Source of the DNA: Melioribacteraceae bacterium
GTDB lineage: Bacteria > Bacteroidota > Ignavibacteria > Ignavibacteriales > Melioribacteraceae
DNA length: 38,379 bases
Reading direction: 5' to 3'
Assembly (NCBI GenBank): GCA_041741395.1
Contig: JBGSKB010000112.1
Location: 1-38,379, forward strand
Shown: piece after piece, positions 27,017 through 36,512 of the stretch
How positions within the stretch are numbered: the first letter of the stretch is position 1
Layout of the letters: each line of letters starts with the position of its first letter
Position numbers and translations under genes: made by a program
Notes under the pieces: generated by a model
The model's database searches: none
What the model was told of the DNA's origin: nothing
Seen by the model: only the letters and a program-made list of their open reading frames with translations

Positions 27017-27112
27017 CGCTGATTAAGCTGATTATCACTGTTAAATCCATTTTTTCTGTGTAATCTGTGTTTCATTGTCTTTAGAATTTTTAACGAATAT
27101 TGAGAAGAAAAT

Positions 27113-28324
27113 ATGTACCAATCAATTAAATATAATTATCCTAAAAAAGACGGCAAGTTTGGAGAGTATGGTGGAAAGTATGTTCCAGAAACTTTGATAT
27201 TTGCATTGGAAGAGCTTGAGCAAACTTACATCAAATTAAAATCTGATGAAAAGTTTATCAATGAGTTGGATGATTTACAAAAAAATTATAATGGCAGACC
27301 AACTCCTTTAACTTTTGCTGAAAGATTAACAAATCATTTTGGAAAAGGAAAAGTTTATTTAAAGCGAGAAGATTTATGTCATACCGGTGCGCACAAATTA
27401 AATAATGCCTTAGGACAAATATTAATTGCAAAATATCTTGGTAAAAAAAGAATAATTGCAGAAACCGGCGCTGGACAGCATGGAGTAGCAACAGCAACCG
27501 TTTGCGCAAAATTCGGATTGGAATGTTTTGTCTATATGGGTGAAGAGGATATTGAACGACAAAAATTAAATGTTTTTCGAATGAAAATGTTAGGTGCGAC
27601 GGTAATTCCGGTAAGCTCAGGAAGTAAAACTTTAAAAGATGCAACGAACGAAGCAATTAGAGATTGGATTGCAAATGTAGAAAACACTCATTACATTATT
27701 GGTTCAGTTGTTGGACCTCATCCTTACCCAATGCTGGTAAGAGATTTTCAATCAATTATTGGAAAAGAAACAAAGCTGCAAATAATGGAAAGAGAAAATA
27801 AATTACCAAATTATGTTTTAGCGTGTGTTGGGGGCGGATCAAATGCGATGGGAATATTTCATGAATTTATTGAGGATGAAAACACTAAATTAATTGGAAT
27901 TGAAGCTGGCGGTTATGGAATTAATTCAAATTTACATTGTGCAACTTTAACTTTGGGAACTGAAGGAATATTTCACGGAATGAAAACTTATTTGTTACAG
28001 AATGAGTTTGGACAAATATCGCCGGTTCATTCAATTTCTGCTGGATTGGATTATCCGGGAGTTGGTCCGGAGCATAGTTTTCTAAAAGATGAAAAGCGAG
28101 TTCAGTATTTTTCAATCACCGATGAAGAAGCATTATCGGCAACAATAAAAGTTTCAGAATTTGAGGGAATTTTACCGGCATTAGAAACAGCCCATGCCTT
28201 TGCGTATTTAGAATATTTGATGCCGCAAACCAAAAAAGATGAAATAATTATTGTAAACGTAAGCGGCAGAGGTGATAAAGATTTAAATACAATTATTGAT
28301 AAACTTGGTGCTAAAATATTATGA
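27113..28324 (+). CDS. trpB: Tryptophan synthase beta chain
   Basis: [33 protein letters not shown] (PLP lysine), [20 protein letters not shown] motifs. Confidence 0.95.
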   Translation: MYQSIKYNYPKKDGKFGEYGGKYVPETLIFALEELEQTYIKLKSDEKFINELDDLQKNYNGRPTPLTFAERLTNHFGKGKVYLKREDLCHTGAHKLNNALGQILIAKYLGKKRIIAETGAGQHGVATATVCAKFGLECFVYMGEEDIERQKLNVFRMKMLGATVIPVSSGSKTLKDATNEAIRDWIANVENTHYIIGSVVGPHPYPMLVRDFQSIIGKETKLQIMERENKLPNYVLACVGGGSNAMGIFHEFIEDENTKLIGIEAGGYGINSNLHCATLTLGTEGIFHGMKTYLLQNEFGQISPVHSISAGLDYPGVGPEHSFLKDEKRVQYFSITDEEALSATIKVSEFEGILPALETAHAFAYLEYLMPQTKKDEIIIVNVSGRGDKDLNTIIDKLGAKIL

Positions 28325-29109
28325 GCAAAATTAGAGAAAAAATAGTTGAGGTAAATAACAGAAACGAGAAAGCTTTAACAATATTCCTAACTGCTGGTTT
28401 TCCGAGTGTGGGAAAATTTGTTGAATTAGCTTTGAAGATTGAACAAGCTGGAGCTGATATTCTTGAAATAGGATTACCATTTGGTGATTCGCTTGCCGAT
28501 GGTCCGGTAATTCAATCATCTTACACAGTTGCATTAAAAAACAATGTTAATTTGTTAACGACTTTTGAATTAGTTTCTGAATTAAGAAAACAATCGCAAA
28601 TTCCAATTGTGATTATGAGTTCAAGCAATCCCGTATTGGCTTTTGGTAAAAAGAAATTTGTACAAAATTGCCAAGATACAAAAGTTGATGGAATAATTAT
28701 TCCCGATATTCCGCTTGAAGAATATGATGATTTCTATAAAAATGATTTTATTGGAATTGATAAAATTTTACTAACAACACCAACTTCAAGTGAAAAGAGA
28801 ATTTCTACGATTGATGAAAAAAGTTCCGGATTTGTCTATTGTGTTAGTGTTGTGGGAACTACCGGAGTTCGTGAAAAATTTGATGATTATGTGTTGAGAA
28901 ATTTAGAGAGAACTTATTCAATTGTTAAAAACAACAAAATGCAAATTGGCTTTGGGATTTCTACACCAGAAGATATAAAAAAATTCTCTCCTTTTTGTGA
29001 TGGTGTAATTGTCGGAAGTGCGATCGTGAAATCGTTAGCAAACGATGATGATAAATTTTCAAAAACAATTGAGTTGGTGAAAGAGTTAAAAAGAGCAACA
29101 AAAAGTTAA
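28321..29109 (+). CDS. trpA: Tryptophan synthase alpha chain
   Basis: [33 protein letters not shown] motifs. ATGA overlap with the trpB stop. Confidence 0.9.
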   Translation: MSKIREKIVEVNNRNEKALTIFLTAGFPSVGKFVELALKIEQAGADILEIGLPFGDSLADGPVIQSSYTVALKNNVNLLTTFELVSELRKQSQIPIVIMSSSNPVLAFGKKKFVQNCQDTKVDGIIIPDIPLEEYDDFYKNDFIGIDKILLTTPTSSEKRISTIDEKSSGFVYCVSVVGTTGVREKFDDYVLRNLERTYSIVKNNKMQIGFGISTPEDIKKFSPFCDGVIVGSAIVKSLANDDDKFSKTIELVKELKRATKS

Positions 29110-29206
29110 AAATGAAAATTAAAAAAGTTAAGAAGCAAAAACTTTTGCCACTAATGCACGAATTAAAAATCTTTTTCTTCTTAACTTCAAAACGCTTTAT
29201 ACGTTT

Positions 29207-30238
29207 CTACTTTTCAACAAATTCCAACCAAATTGATTTTGTAATTTCTTTGGCAAGGAAAATACTTTTTCCTTTTTCAAAAATTTTATTTAAAAAGGTT
29301 TTATCGAAATTATCATTTATAATTTTTAACAAATCAGATTTTGAATCAACTGAAATTGTAATTCCGGAAATTTCATATTTATTCGATTCAATCAAAACTA
29401 TTTTAAAATTAGCATTTTTAAACTCGACAATTTTTCCAGTAAAATTTGGAATATAATAATTTCCAATTGGCTCAAATCCAATATCTACAAGCTCACGAGC
29501 GGTTATTTTAATGTTTTTTGTTTCAAACCAAACCGAAGAAATTCCTTTTGTATTGTTAATGTGATTAGTTTTTGAATTATTCAGTTTATCAAATTGAATA
29601 AAGAAAATCGGTAATTCAGAATTTATTCCTTTTGCAGAAAGAGTTGAATAATCATTACCTTTTTGTAATTCAACAAAATTTGAATTAATTACAGAAAAAT
29701 TATTTTTAAGGTTTTCAATTTCATTTACTCGCAAAGCAAATTGCAGTCCAAATTTATTTTGCGAAATAATTTTTTCATATTCTTTTGTAAAATTTTCTGT
29801 TGGATTATTTACTTCAACAAGCTCAATTTCTGTATTATCATTAAACTCAATAAAATTATTTCTAATACCGTTTTTGTGAACTTTTCCTTCCTTAATTGAA
29901 AATCCCAATTTTTTAAAAAGCACAGAAATTTCATTTAAATTTTCCGAGCCAATAATTACATGATCTAAAAAAGAATTTTTAATTGACGAATATATATTGT
30001 TGTGAATAATTATTGAATCATTGGTGAGTATTTTTTTTTGTTTATTAAGAAATTCTATACTCTGAGTTAAACTATCGGCAGTTTCATCAAGTTTAATTTT
30101 TTCGGATTTAATTTTATCAGTTTCTGAAATATGTTCTTTTTTTGATTCTTTAACATTTTGCTCATTGCTGCATTTGACAACAAGAAAAATAAATATTAAT
30201 AGAAAAGTTAGTTTTTTAAGTTGAATTATTAATTTCAT
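29207..30238 (-). CDS. Exported (possibly lipid-anchored) protein with a glyoxalase-like / VOC-type domain
   Basis: Signal peptide MKLIIQLKKLTFLLIFIFLVVKC with a Cys at the end of the hydrophobic region. LDHVIIGSENLNEISVLFKKLGFSIKEGKVHKNGIRNNFIEFNDNTEIELVEV resembles the glyoxalase-like domain pattern (DH...G..H..G..N....F.D.TYLEL). Confidence 0.55.
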   Translation of the reverse strand: MKLIIQLKKLTFLLIFIFLVVKCSNEQNVKESKKEHISETDKIKSEKIKLDETADSLTQSIEFLNKQKKILTNDSIIIHNNIYSSIKNSFLDHVIIGSENLNEISVLFKKLGFSIKEGKVHKNGIRNNFIEFNDNTEIELVEVNNPTENFTKEYEKIISQNKFGLQFALRVNEIENLKNNFSVINSNFVELQKGNDYSTLSAKGINSELPIFFIQFDKLNNSKTNHINNTKGISSVWFETKNIKITARELVDIGFEPIGNYYIPNFTGKIVEFKNANFKIVLIESNKYEISGITISVDSKSDLLKIINDNFDKTFLNKIFEKGKSIFLAKEITKSIWLEFVEK

Positions 30239-30464
30239 ATCTGTTATTTAGATTATTATAAAGTGATTGATTATATCAAAGGCAATTTAAGAATTTTTCT
30301 CGATTAAACTTATTGTTTACAGACAATGTCAAATTTTAGTAATTAATATCAAAAAAGGTGAGTCGAGTTCAAATAAAGTACAATTTTATCCGTTTATTTC
30401 ACTCAAAAAAAGTGTAGATTTTCAAAGTATTTTTTTCCTTTTTTGAATTTTTAAATGATACTTA

Positions 30465-31514
30465 ATGATAAAAAAATATAGTTATATTCTAATTCTTCTT
30501 GTACTTCTAGCAATTATTTTATTTGCCATTCCCATAAATGTTACAACAAGTGTAACATCAAAGGGTAAATTATTACCATCCAAAGTTTGGATAATTTCTA
30601 AAGGTTTGGAAGGGTTACTTTATACAACTTTGGTTGATAATGTTAACGGTGTAAATGAGGAATATTCGATTACGCAATTTGCCCGTGGAGATTTAATAAA
30701 GTTTTCTCTGAGTAAAAATATTAAACCGGGTAAAAATGTTTTTATTAATGATACAATTGGGATTGTTTACTCAAGTTTAAACGAACAAGAAATTGCTGAA
30801 TTAAAAGGTGAATTGGAAGCCGCAAAAGCATCTCTACAAATTGGAATAAGTGGAGAAAAAGAATCAATTATTGAACTTGAAAATAGAAATTTAGCTTACT
30901 CAAAAAAACAAGTTGAGGAACAAACTAAGTTTTTTGAACGACAGAAAAAATTATTTGAAAAACAATTAATTACACAAGATGAATTTGAAACCGAATATGC
31001 AAAACTAGAATTGTACAAAATAAATATCAGCATTGCCGAAGAAAGATTGAGATCAGTTTTAACCGGAACAAAAAGAGAGGAAATTCAGTTAATTAATTCT
31101 CAAATAAAATCACTGGAGAATCAAATTTCGGTGCTTCAAGAAAAATCAAATAATTTCCTTTTAAAATCACCTATTAACGGAATAATTTCTGAATCTTACA
31201 ATCAAGATACATTGTTAATTATCAACAGCGAAAATAAATTTACTGTTTTGATTCCGATTAAATTGAATATGGCTAACTCTTTTAACATTGGAAATGAAGT
31301 TGAAATAATTCCGCGAAAAGGAAATTCAATTGTTGCTAAAATTGAATCAATTGATAAATCAGTAAAAATATATTTTGAAGAACATTTCATAATTGCTAAA
31401 ACTGTTTTTGAAAGTTCTTCGGATATATTTTATTCCAACGAAATTGTTGAATGCAAAATATACGGCAGCAAGGTTAGTTTATTGGATTATATTATATTTT
31501 ATCTAAATAAATAG
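30465..31514 (+). CDS. HlyD-family membrane-fusion-like protein
   Basis: N-terminal TM anchor, a barrel-sandwich segment (GDLIKFSLSKNIKPGKNVFINDTIGIVY), a long coiled-coil (ELKGELEAAKASLQ...EERLRSVLTGTKREEIQLINSQIKSLENQISVLQEK), then LKSPINGIISE. This is the typical HlyD/MFP order. No transporter partner gene is adjacent. Confidence 0.6.
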   Translation: MIKKYSYILILLVLLAIILFAIPINVTTSVTSKGKLLPSKVWIISKGLEGLLYTTLVDNVNGVNEEYSITQFARGDLIKFSLSKNIKPGKNVFINDTIGIVYSSLNEQEIAELKGELEAAKASLQIGISGEKESIIELENRNLAYSKKQVEEQTKFFERQKKLFEKQLITQDEFETEYAKLELYKINISIAEERLRSVLTGTKREEIQLINSQIKSLENQISVLQEKSNNFLLKSPINGIISESYNQDTLLIINSENKFTVLIPIKLNMANSFNIGNEVEIIPRKGNSIVAKIESIDKSVKIYFEEHFIIAKTVFESSSDIFYSNEIVECKIYGSKVSLLDYIIFYLNK

Positions 31515-31516
31515 TT

Positions 31517-32308
31517 ATGAGATTAGAATATAAATTTTTAGTTAGAAATGAACTTTTGGATAGTTTAAGAAAAAAGATTCTTCCATTTGTTGAGCTGGAT
31601 AAATTTGTAAAAGAAAATAATGGTAATGAATATACAGTAAGAAGCATTTACTTTGACACTTCTAATTTCGATTATTATCATGAAAAGATTAATGGAATTA
31701 AAATCAGAAAAAAATTGCGAATAAGAAGTTACGATACAAAAGCAGATGACAATTTAGTTTTTTTAGAAATAAAAAATAAGTACGATAATTTTATTGGTAA
31801 AAATAGATCGCCAGTTTTATTCCATAATTTAAAAAATTTACTAAACACAAATGAAATTGAAACTTACGCATTAACAAATAACGGTTATGCAAATTCAATA
31901 AATGATGGCGAAAAGTTTTTGCATCACATTTATAGAAGTGGATTGAAACCAACTATTTTAATTGTGTATGAGCGCGAGGCTTTTTTGTCAAAGTTTGATA
32001 ACGGCTTAAGAATTACTTTTGATAAAAGTATTAGATTTTATGATAACCCCAATATTGATAGTCTTTATAGAGATGATGATTTAGAAATTGCTTCGCCAAA
32101 CCATTTTGTATTAGAACTTAAATTTAGTAACGGTTACCCAAAATGGCTTCAGGATATTGTACAAGAGTTTGGTTTAATTAGAAGGTCAATTTCTAAATAT
32201 ACAATTTGTATTGATTCATCTAAAAGAATTAACCCAATGCGGAAGAATTTAAGTACATCAAATTACTCATTATTTTATGATCAGAATGTTGAAGAAGGAA
32301 TTTTTTAG
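31517..32308 (+). CDS. VTC-domain protein (polyphosphate polymerase-like, triphosphate-tunnel/CYTH fold)
   Basis: MRLEYKFLV..., YTVRSIYFDTSNFDYYHEKINGIKIRKKLRIRSY, VFLEIKNK, ILIVYEREAF, LRITFDKSIRF: alternating charged beta-strand motifs typical of bacterial VTC-domain proteins. Starts 2 nt after the HlyD-like stop. Confidence 0.75.
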   Translation: MRLEYKFLVRNELLDSLRKKILPFVELDKFVKENNGNEYTVRSIYFDTSNFDYYHEKINGIKIRKKLRIRSYDTKADDNLVFLEIKNKYDNFIGKNRSPVLFHNLKNLLNTNEIETYALTNNGYANSINDGEKFLHHIYRSGLKPTILIVYEREAFLSKFDNGLRITFDKSIRFYDNPNIDSLYRDDDLEIASPNHFVLELKFSNGYPKWLQDIVQEFGLIRRSISKYTICIDSSKRINPMRKNLSTSNYSLFYDQNVEEGIF

Positions 32309-32310
32309 AA

Positions 32311-32985
32311 ATGCTGCAAGATATTAATAATATTTTTAATGTTGGAATTACTCCGAAAGAAATGCTTTTAAATTTATTAGTTGGTTTATTAGCTGGAATT
32401 ATTATTTCAGTCTTTTATCGTAAATCGTATAATGGTCCCGGTTATCAAGCTTCATTTGTAAATTCACTGATTTTATTGGTTATAATTACATCAATTGTAA
32501 TTATGGTAATTGGAAATAATTTGGCCCGTGCATTTGGCTTGGTTGGCGCAATGTCAATTATCAGATTTAGAACGGCTGTAAAAGAAACCCAAGATATTAT
32601 ATATATTTTCTTTTCGCTTGCAATAGGTATGGCAGTTGGTGTTGGTCAACATGGGTTTGCTATTTTTAGTGCTGTATTTATTGGAATTATTACTTTAGTT
32701 CTTTCAAAATCGAAATTTTCAACTCCAATAAAAAGTGATCTTCTTCTTCAATTTACATTTAATTCAAACGGCAATGATTCTTCATCTTACAACAAATTAA
32801 TTGATGAATACTGCAAAAAAAGTAAATTGATAAATGCAAAAGCCGTTGGTACAGAAGAAACACTTGAACTTTCTTATTATGTCGGATTTAAAAGTAAAGA
32901 TTATACAACAGAGTTTGTCCAAAAATTAAGGAAAGTTAAAGGCGTTTTAAATGTTAATCTTTTCTATGATGAAGAATATTTTTAG
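32311..32985 (+). CDS. DUF4956-family integral membrane protein
   Basis: Four hydrophobic helices and the signature AFGLVGAMSIIRFRTAVKETQDIIYIFFSLAIGMAVGVG, plus a ~85-aa soluble tail. Starts 2 nt after the VTC gene. Confidence 0.7.
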   Translation: MLQDINNIFNVGITPKEMLLNLLVGLLAGIIISVFYRKSYNGPGYQASFVNSLILLVIITSIVIMVIGNNLARAFGLVGAMSIIRFRTAVKETQDIIYIFFSLAIGMAVGVGQHGFAIFSAVFIGIITLVLSKSKFSTPIKSDLLLQFTFNSNGNDSSSYNKLIDEYCKKSKLINAKAVGTEETLELSYYVGFKSKDYTTEFVQKLRKVKGVLNVNLFYDEEYF

Positions 32986-33052
32986 TTCATTTCCCTTTCT
33001 ATAAGATCAAAATCTTATTAAATTATTTTATCAATCACAAAAAGGAATAGTC

Positions 33053-35392
33053 ATGAAAAACAATTTACTCATGTCTCTATTCATATTAATTTCTATTTCA
33101 ACTTTTACATTCTCACAAAATGATGAAAGCTGGAAAGTGTATGACGATACTGAAGTTGCAATTTATAATATAACAATGGATGAAAATGATTTGCAATTTA
33201 TGTTTGAAAATCCTCAAAGCGATTCCATGCACCTTGCTTCAATAAAAATTAAAAATGCCATTTTAGATGAAACAATAGATTCAGTGGGAATTAGAATTAG
33301 AGGAAATACTTCCAGAGAATCAAACAAAAAATCACTTAAACTTTCTTTTAACACTTTTAAAAAGGGAAGAAAATTTTACTCTTTAGAAAAAATAAATTTG
33401 AATGGTGAACATAATGATCCATCAATTATAAGAAGCAAATTAAGCTGGGATTTTTTTAACGATATTAAGGTTAAGTCAAGTAGAGCAGCTCACGCGGCAG
33501 TTTATATTAATGAAAAATATTTTGGATTGTATGTTTCCATTGAACATATTGATGAAAATTTTTTATCAAAAAATTTTGATGATGACACCGGAAATTTATG
33601 GAAATGTTTATATGGTTCGGATCTAAAATATATCAATAATAATCCCAACACTTATAAAATGTCTTCCGGCGAGCATAGAGTCTACGATCTTATCACAAAT
33701 AATACTCAAGATGACTATTCAAAACTTGCAGAGTTAATTGATTTAATAAATAATTCAGATGATGAAACTTTTAAAACACAACTTCCTCTAAAACTAAATT
33801 TGCTCGGAACTTTGCAATATTTTGCAATAAACATATTAACCGGAGGCTGGGATGATTATTGGTTTCTGACAAATAATTATTATTTATATCACCAACCTTC
33901 AACAGATCAATTTAATTTAATACCTTATGATTATGATAACACTTTTGGGATTGATTTTTTCAATATTGATTGGGCTTCCGTAAATCCTTATGTTTTTGCT
34001 AAAATCAATAATGGTCCCAGACCTTTAATTACAAGGCTTTTGAAAGCGCCGGAATTTAGGAATTTATTTACACACTTAATTAAATTCTATAAAGAAAAAT
34101 ATACCCAAACATCTATGTGGATAAGCCATATCGATGAATTAAAAAATAAAATAACCGCTTTTGCAATTGAAGATACTTTTAGAGTTAAGGATTATGGTTT
34201 TTCAATTGAAGATTTTAACAACTCCTATTTTGCAGATGGTTTTTCAAAAGATCCGGCAAAATATTCTTTAAAAGATTTTATTAATAAAAGAAATTCAACT
34301 CTGGAAAATCAGCTTAATTTTGTTGATGCAAACCCAATTATTTATGATATAAATATTACTGCAAATTATTTTGAAGCTTTTGATACTATTTATGTTAACT
34401 GCTCGGTTTTTAGCAGCAATGGAATTAAAAAGGTAAAGGCGGAATTACTTAATACTAAAACCGATGAAACTTATTTTTATGAAATGCAATTCAATCCAAA
34501 TCTAAGTTCGCTTGATATAAAAGAAAATGATTTGTGGAAGGGGAAAATATTTAATATACCAAATAGTTTTAGCGGAGAACTAAAAATTGTTGTAGAAGAC
34601 AGCAGTGGAAAAATAATCAGCTACCCGAGCAAAGCCATTAAAATCAATACCCCAGGTGATGTTACTCAAGAAGTATTGCTAAGTGAATTGATGAGTTCAA
34701 ACTCGACAACAATACAAGATAATTTTTCAGAATATGATGATTGGCTTGAAATTTATAATTCCCAAGATACATCTGTAAATTTAAGTGGAAAATATCTTAC
34801 GGATAAAATTGATAATCTCACAAAATGGCAATTCCCAGAGAACTTTGTTATTCAACCAAATCAACATATTTTAATTTGGTGTGATGAAGACTCAAGTCAA
34901 GGAATAAATCATGCAAACTTCAAATTAAGTGCTGATGGAGAATTTGTAGCAATTGTAAATAATGATGGAGTCACAATTATTGATTCGGTAACACTACCAA
35001 AATTAAATGTAAATGAATCTTATGCAAGACAAAATAATTCTGGTGATTGGTCTGTGACAAATTCACCAACACCTGGGGAAGATAATCTTATTGTGAGTAT
35101 AAATAATCAAAAAAATGATAAATATTTTTTAAAATTAAATGCTTATCCAAATCCGTTTAATCCATCAACAAAAATAGAATATAGGATACCAAATTCAGAA
35201 AGACTAAACAACTTTACAATTAAAATCTACGATATTCTTGGAAGGGAAATAACGACCCTATTAAACGAAAAACAAAAGCCTGGAGATTATATTATTGAAT
35301 GGAATGCAATTAATCAAACGAGTGGAGTTTATATTATTCATTTATATTCAGAATCATTCACAAAAACTTTAAAATTATTGTTAATTCGTTAA
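33053..35392 (+). CDS. Secreted CotH-family kinase-like protein with lamin-tail domain and T9SS C-terminal sorting domain
   Basis: Signal peptide. CotH motifs: VGIRIRGNTSRESNKKSLKLSF, INLNGEHNDPSIIRSKLSWDFF, VYINEKYFGLYVSIEHIDENFL, GGWDDYWFLTNNYYLYH, LIPYDYDNTFG. LTD-like segment: LLSELMSSNS...YDDWLEIYNSQDTSVNLSGKYLTD...ILIWCDED..HANFKLSADGEFVAI. C-terminal AYPNPFNPSTKIEYRIP...GVYIIHLYSESFTKTLKLLLIR. Confidence 0.8.
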   Translation: MKNNLLMSLFILISISTFTFSQNDESWKVYDDTEVAIYNITMDENDLQFMFENPQSDSMHLASIKIKNAILDETIDSVGIRIRGNTSRESNKKSLKLSFNTFKKGRKFYSLEKINLNGEHNDPSIIRSKLSWDFFNDIKVKSSRAAHAAVYINEKYFGLYVSIEHIDENFLSKNFDDDTGNLWKCLYGSDLKYINNNPNTYKMSSGEHRVYDLITNNTQDDYSKLAELIDLINNSDDETFKTQLPLKLNLLGTLQYFAINILTGGWDDYWFLTNNYYLYHQPSTDQFNLIPYDYDNTFGIDFFNIDWASVNPYVFAKINNGPRPLITRLLKAPEFRNLFTHLIKFYKEKYTQTSMWISHIDELKNKITAFAIEDTFRVKDYGFSIEDFNNSYFADGFSKDPAKYSLKDFINKRNSTLENQLNFVDANPIIYDINITANYFEAFDTIYVNCSVFSSNGIKKVKAELLNTKTDETYFYEMQFNPNLSSLDIKENDLWKGKIFNIPNSFSGELKIVVEDSSGKIISYPSKAIKINTPGDVTQEVLLSELMSSNSTTIQDNFSEYDDWLEIYNSQDTSVNLSGKYLTDKIDNLTKWQFPENFVIQPNQHILIWCDEDSSQGINHANFKLSADGEFVAIVNNDGVTIIDSVTLPKLNVNESYARQNNSGDWSVTNSPTPGEDNLIVSINNQKNDKYFLKLNAYPNPFNPSTKIEYRIPNSERLNNFTIKIYDILGREITTLLNEKQKPGDYIIEWNAINQTSGVYIIHLYSESFTKTLKLLLIR

Positions 35393-35454
35393 TAAAAAGT
35401 TTCATTATTCGATTATAAAATTGTAAAAGGAAAACATTTTTATTTGGAGTAATA

Positions 35455-36279
35455 ATGTCTAAGAAGAAAAAAGAAAAATCTAATGAGCAAAAAGAATCTC
35501 AAAACGAGTTTTCAAAAAAATTTTACGAGAAAGAATTAGAGAGACTTCAGATAGAACTTGTGAAATTACAAGAGTGGGTAAAAGAAACAAAATTAAAAGT
35601 AGTTATAATATTTGAAGGACGTGATGCTGCCGGAAAAGGTGGTGTAATTAAAAGAATTACACAAAGTCTTAATCCAAGAATTTGCAGAGTTGTTGCTTTA
35701 GGAACGCCTACAGAAAGAGAGAAAACCCAATGGTATTTTCAAAGATATGTACCACATTTACCAGCTGCCGGGGAAATAGTTTTATTTGATAGAAGCTGGT
35801 ACAACCGAGCTGGTGTTGAAAAAGTTATGGAATTTTGTACAGAAGAAGAACATAAAGAATTTTTAAGATCTTGTCCCGAATTTGAAAGAATGCTGGTTCG
35901 ATCAGGAATAATTTTAATTAAATATTATTTTTCTGTTAGTGATGAAGTACAAGAAAAAAGATTTCAGGATAGAATTCAAGATAGAACCAAACGATGGAAA
36001 TTAAGCCCCATGGATTTGGAATCTCGTTCTAAATGGGTTGAATATTCAAAAGCAAAAGATGAAATGTTTTCGCACACTGATATTAAACAAGCACCGTGGA
36101 ATGTTGTAAATGCGGATGATAAAAAGAAAGCCAGATTAAATTGCATAAGTCATTTACTTAGTTTAATTGACTATAGAGATTTAACACCGGAACCGATAAA
36201 ACTCCCAGCCAGACAAAAGGACAAAGGTTACGTTAGACCACCTATTTCTGATCAAACTTTTGTTCCAGCAAAATATTGA
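35455..36279 (+). CDS. ppk2: Polyphosphate kinase 2 (single-domain PPK2)
   Basis: VVIIFEGRDAAGKGGVIKRITQSLNPR (Walker A), TQWYFQRYVPHLPAAGEIVLFDRSWYNRAGVEKVMEF, KRWKLSPMDLESR. GGAG lies 6 nt upstream of the ATG. 62 nt downstream of the CotH gene on the same strand. Confidence 0.9.
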   Translation: MSKKKKEKSNEQKESQNEFSKKFYEKELERLQIELVKLQEWVKETKLKVVIIFEGRDAAGKGGVIKRITQSLNPRICRVVALGTPTEREKTQWYFQRYVPHLPAAGEIVLFDRSWYNRAGVEKVMEFCTEEEHKEFLRSCPEFERMLVRSGIILIKYYFSVSDEVQEKRFQDRIQDRTKRWKLSPMDLESRSKWVEYSKAKDEMFSHTDIKQAPWNVVNADDKKKARLNCISHLLSLIDYRDLTPEPIKLPARQKDKGYVRPPISDQTFVPAKY

Positions 36280-36512
36280 ATCAAAAAAAAATCACAATAA
36301 TGCTAAGTTTGCTCATGTAGTTAGAAGAAATTAAAGTTAAATGTGCAGAAGTAAAATTATTGCACATAATGCTTTACTTGGCAAATATGATTTTACGTCT
36401 ATTCCTTATAAGGAATTTACAGATCTTATTGTAGGTATTTAATTTAGATTTTATTTGGTTGAATTTCGAATTATTTTTAAAACTAAATAACATCAAAAAA
36501 TAGAGGAATACT

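Noticed and set aside
24295-28534. Small overlapping ORFs within the trp genes (24295..24483, 24716..24913, 25414..25605, 25991..26185, 26046..26300, 27258..27656, 27921..28115, 28331..28534).
   Set aside because: Each lies inside a trp gene with unambiguous family motifs, so these are alternative-frame or antisense artefacts.
29112-29456. 114-aa plus-strand ORF immediately after trpA.
   Set aside because: It overlaps by 250 nt the 3' part of the better-supported minus-strand 343-aa gene, which has a signal peptide and a glyoxalase-like domain. Its translation is K/F/I-rich low complexity. An inverted repeat (29125..29135 / 29177..29187) in its 5' part more likely serves as the terminator region for the convergent genes.
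31202-31390. Minus-strand 62-aa ORF inside the HlyD-like gene.
   Set aside because: It is antisense to a supported gene and has no signals.
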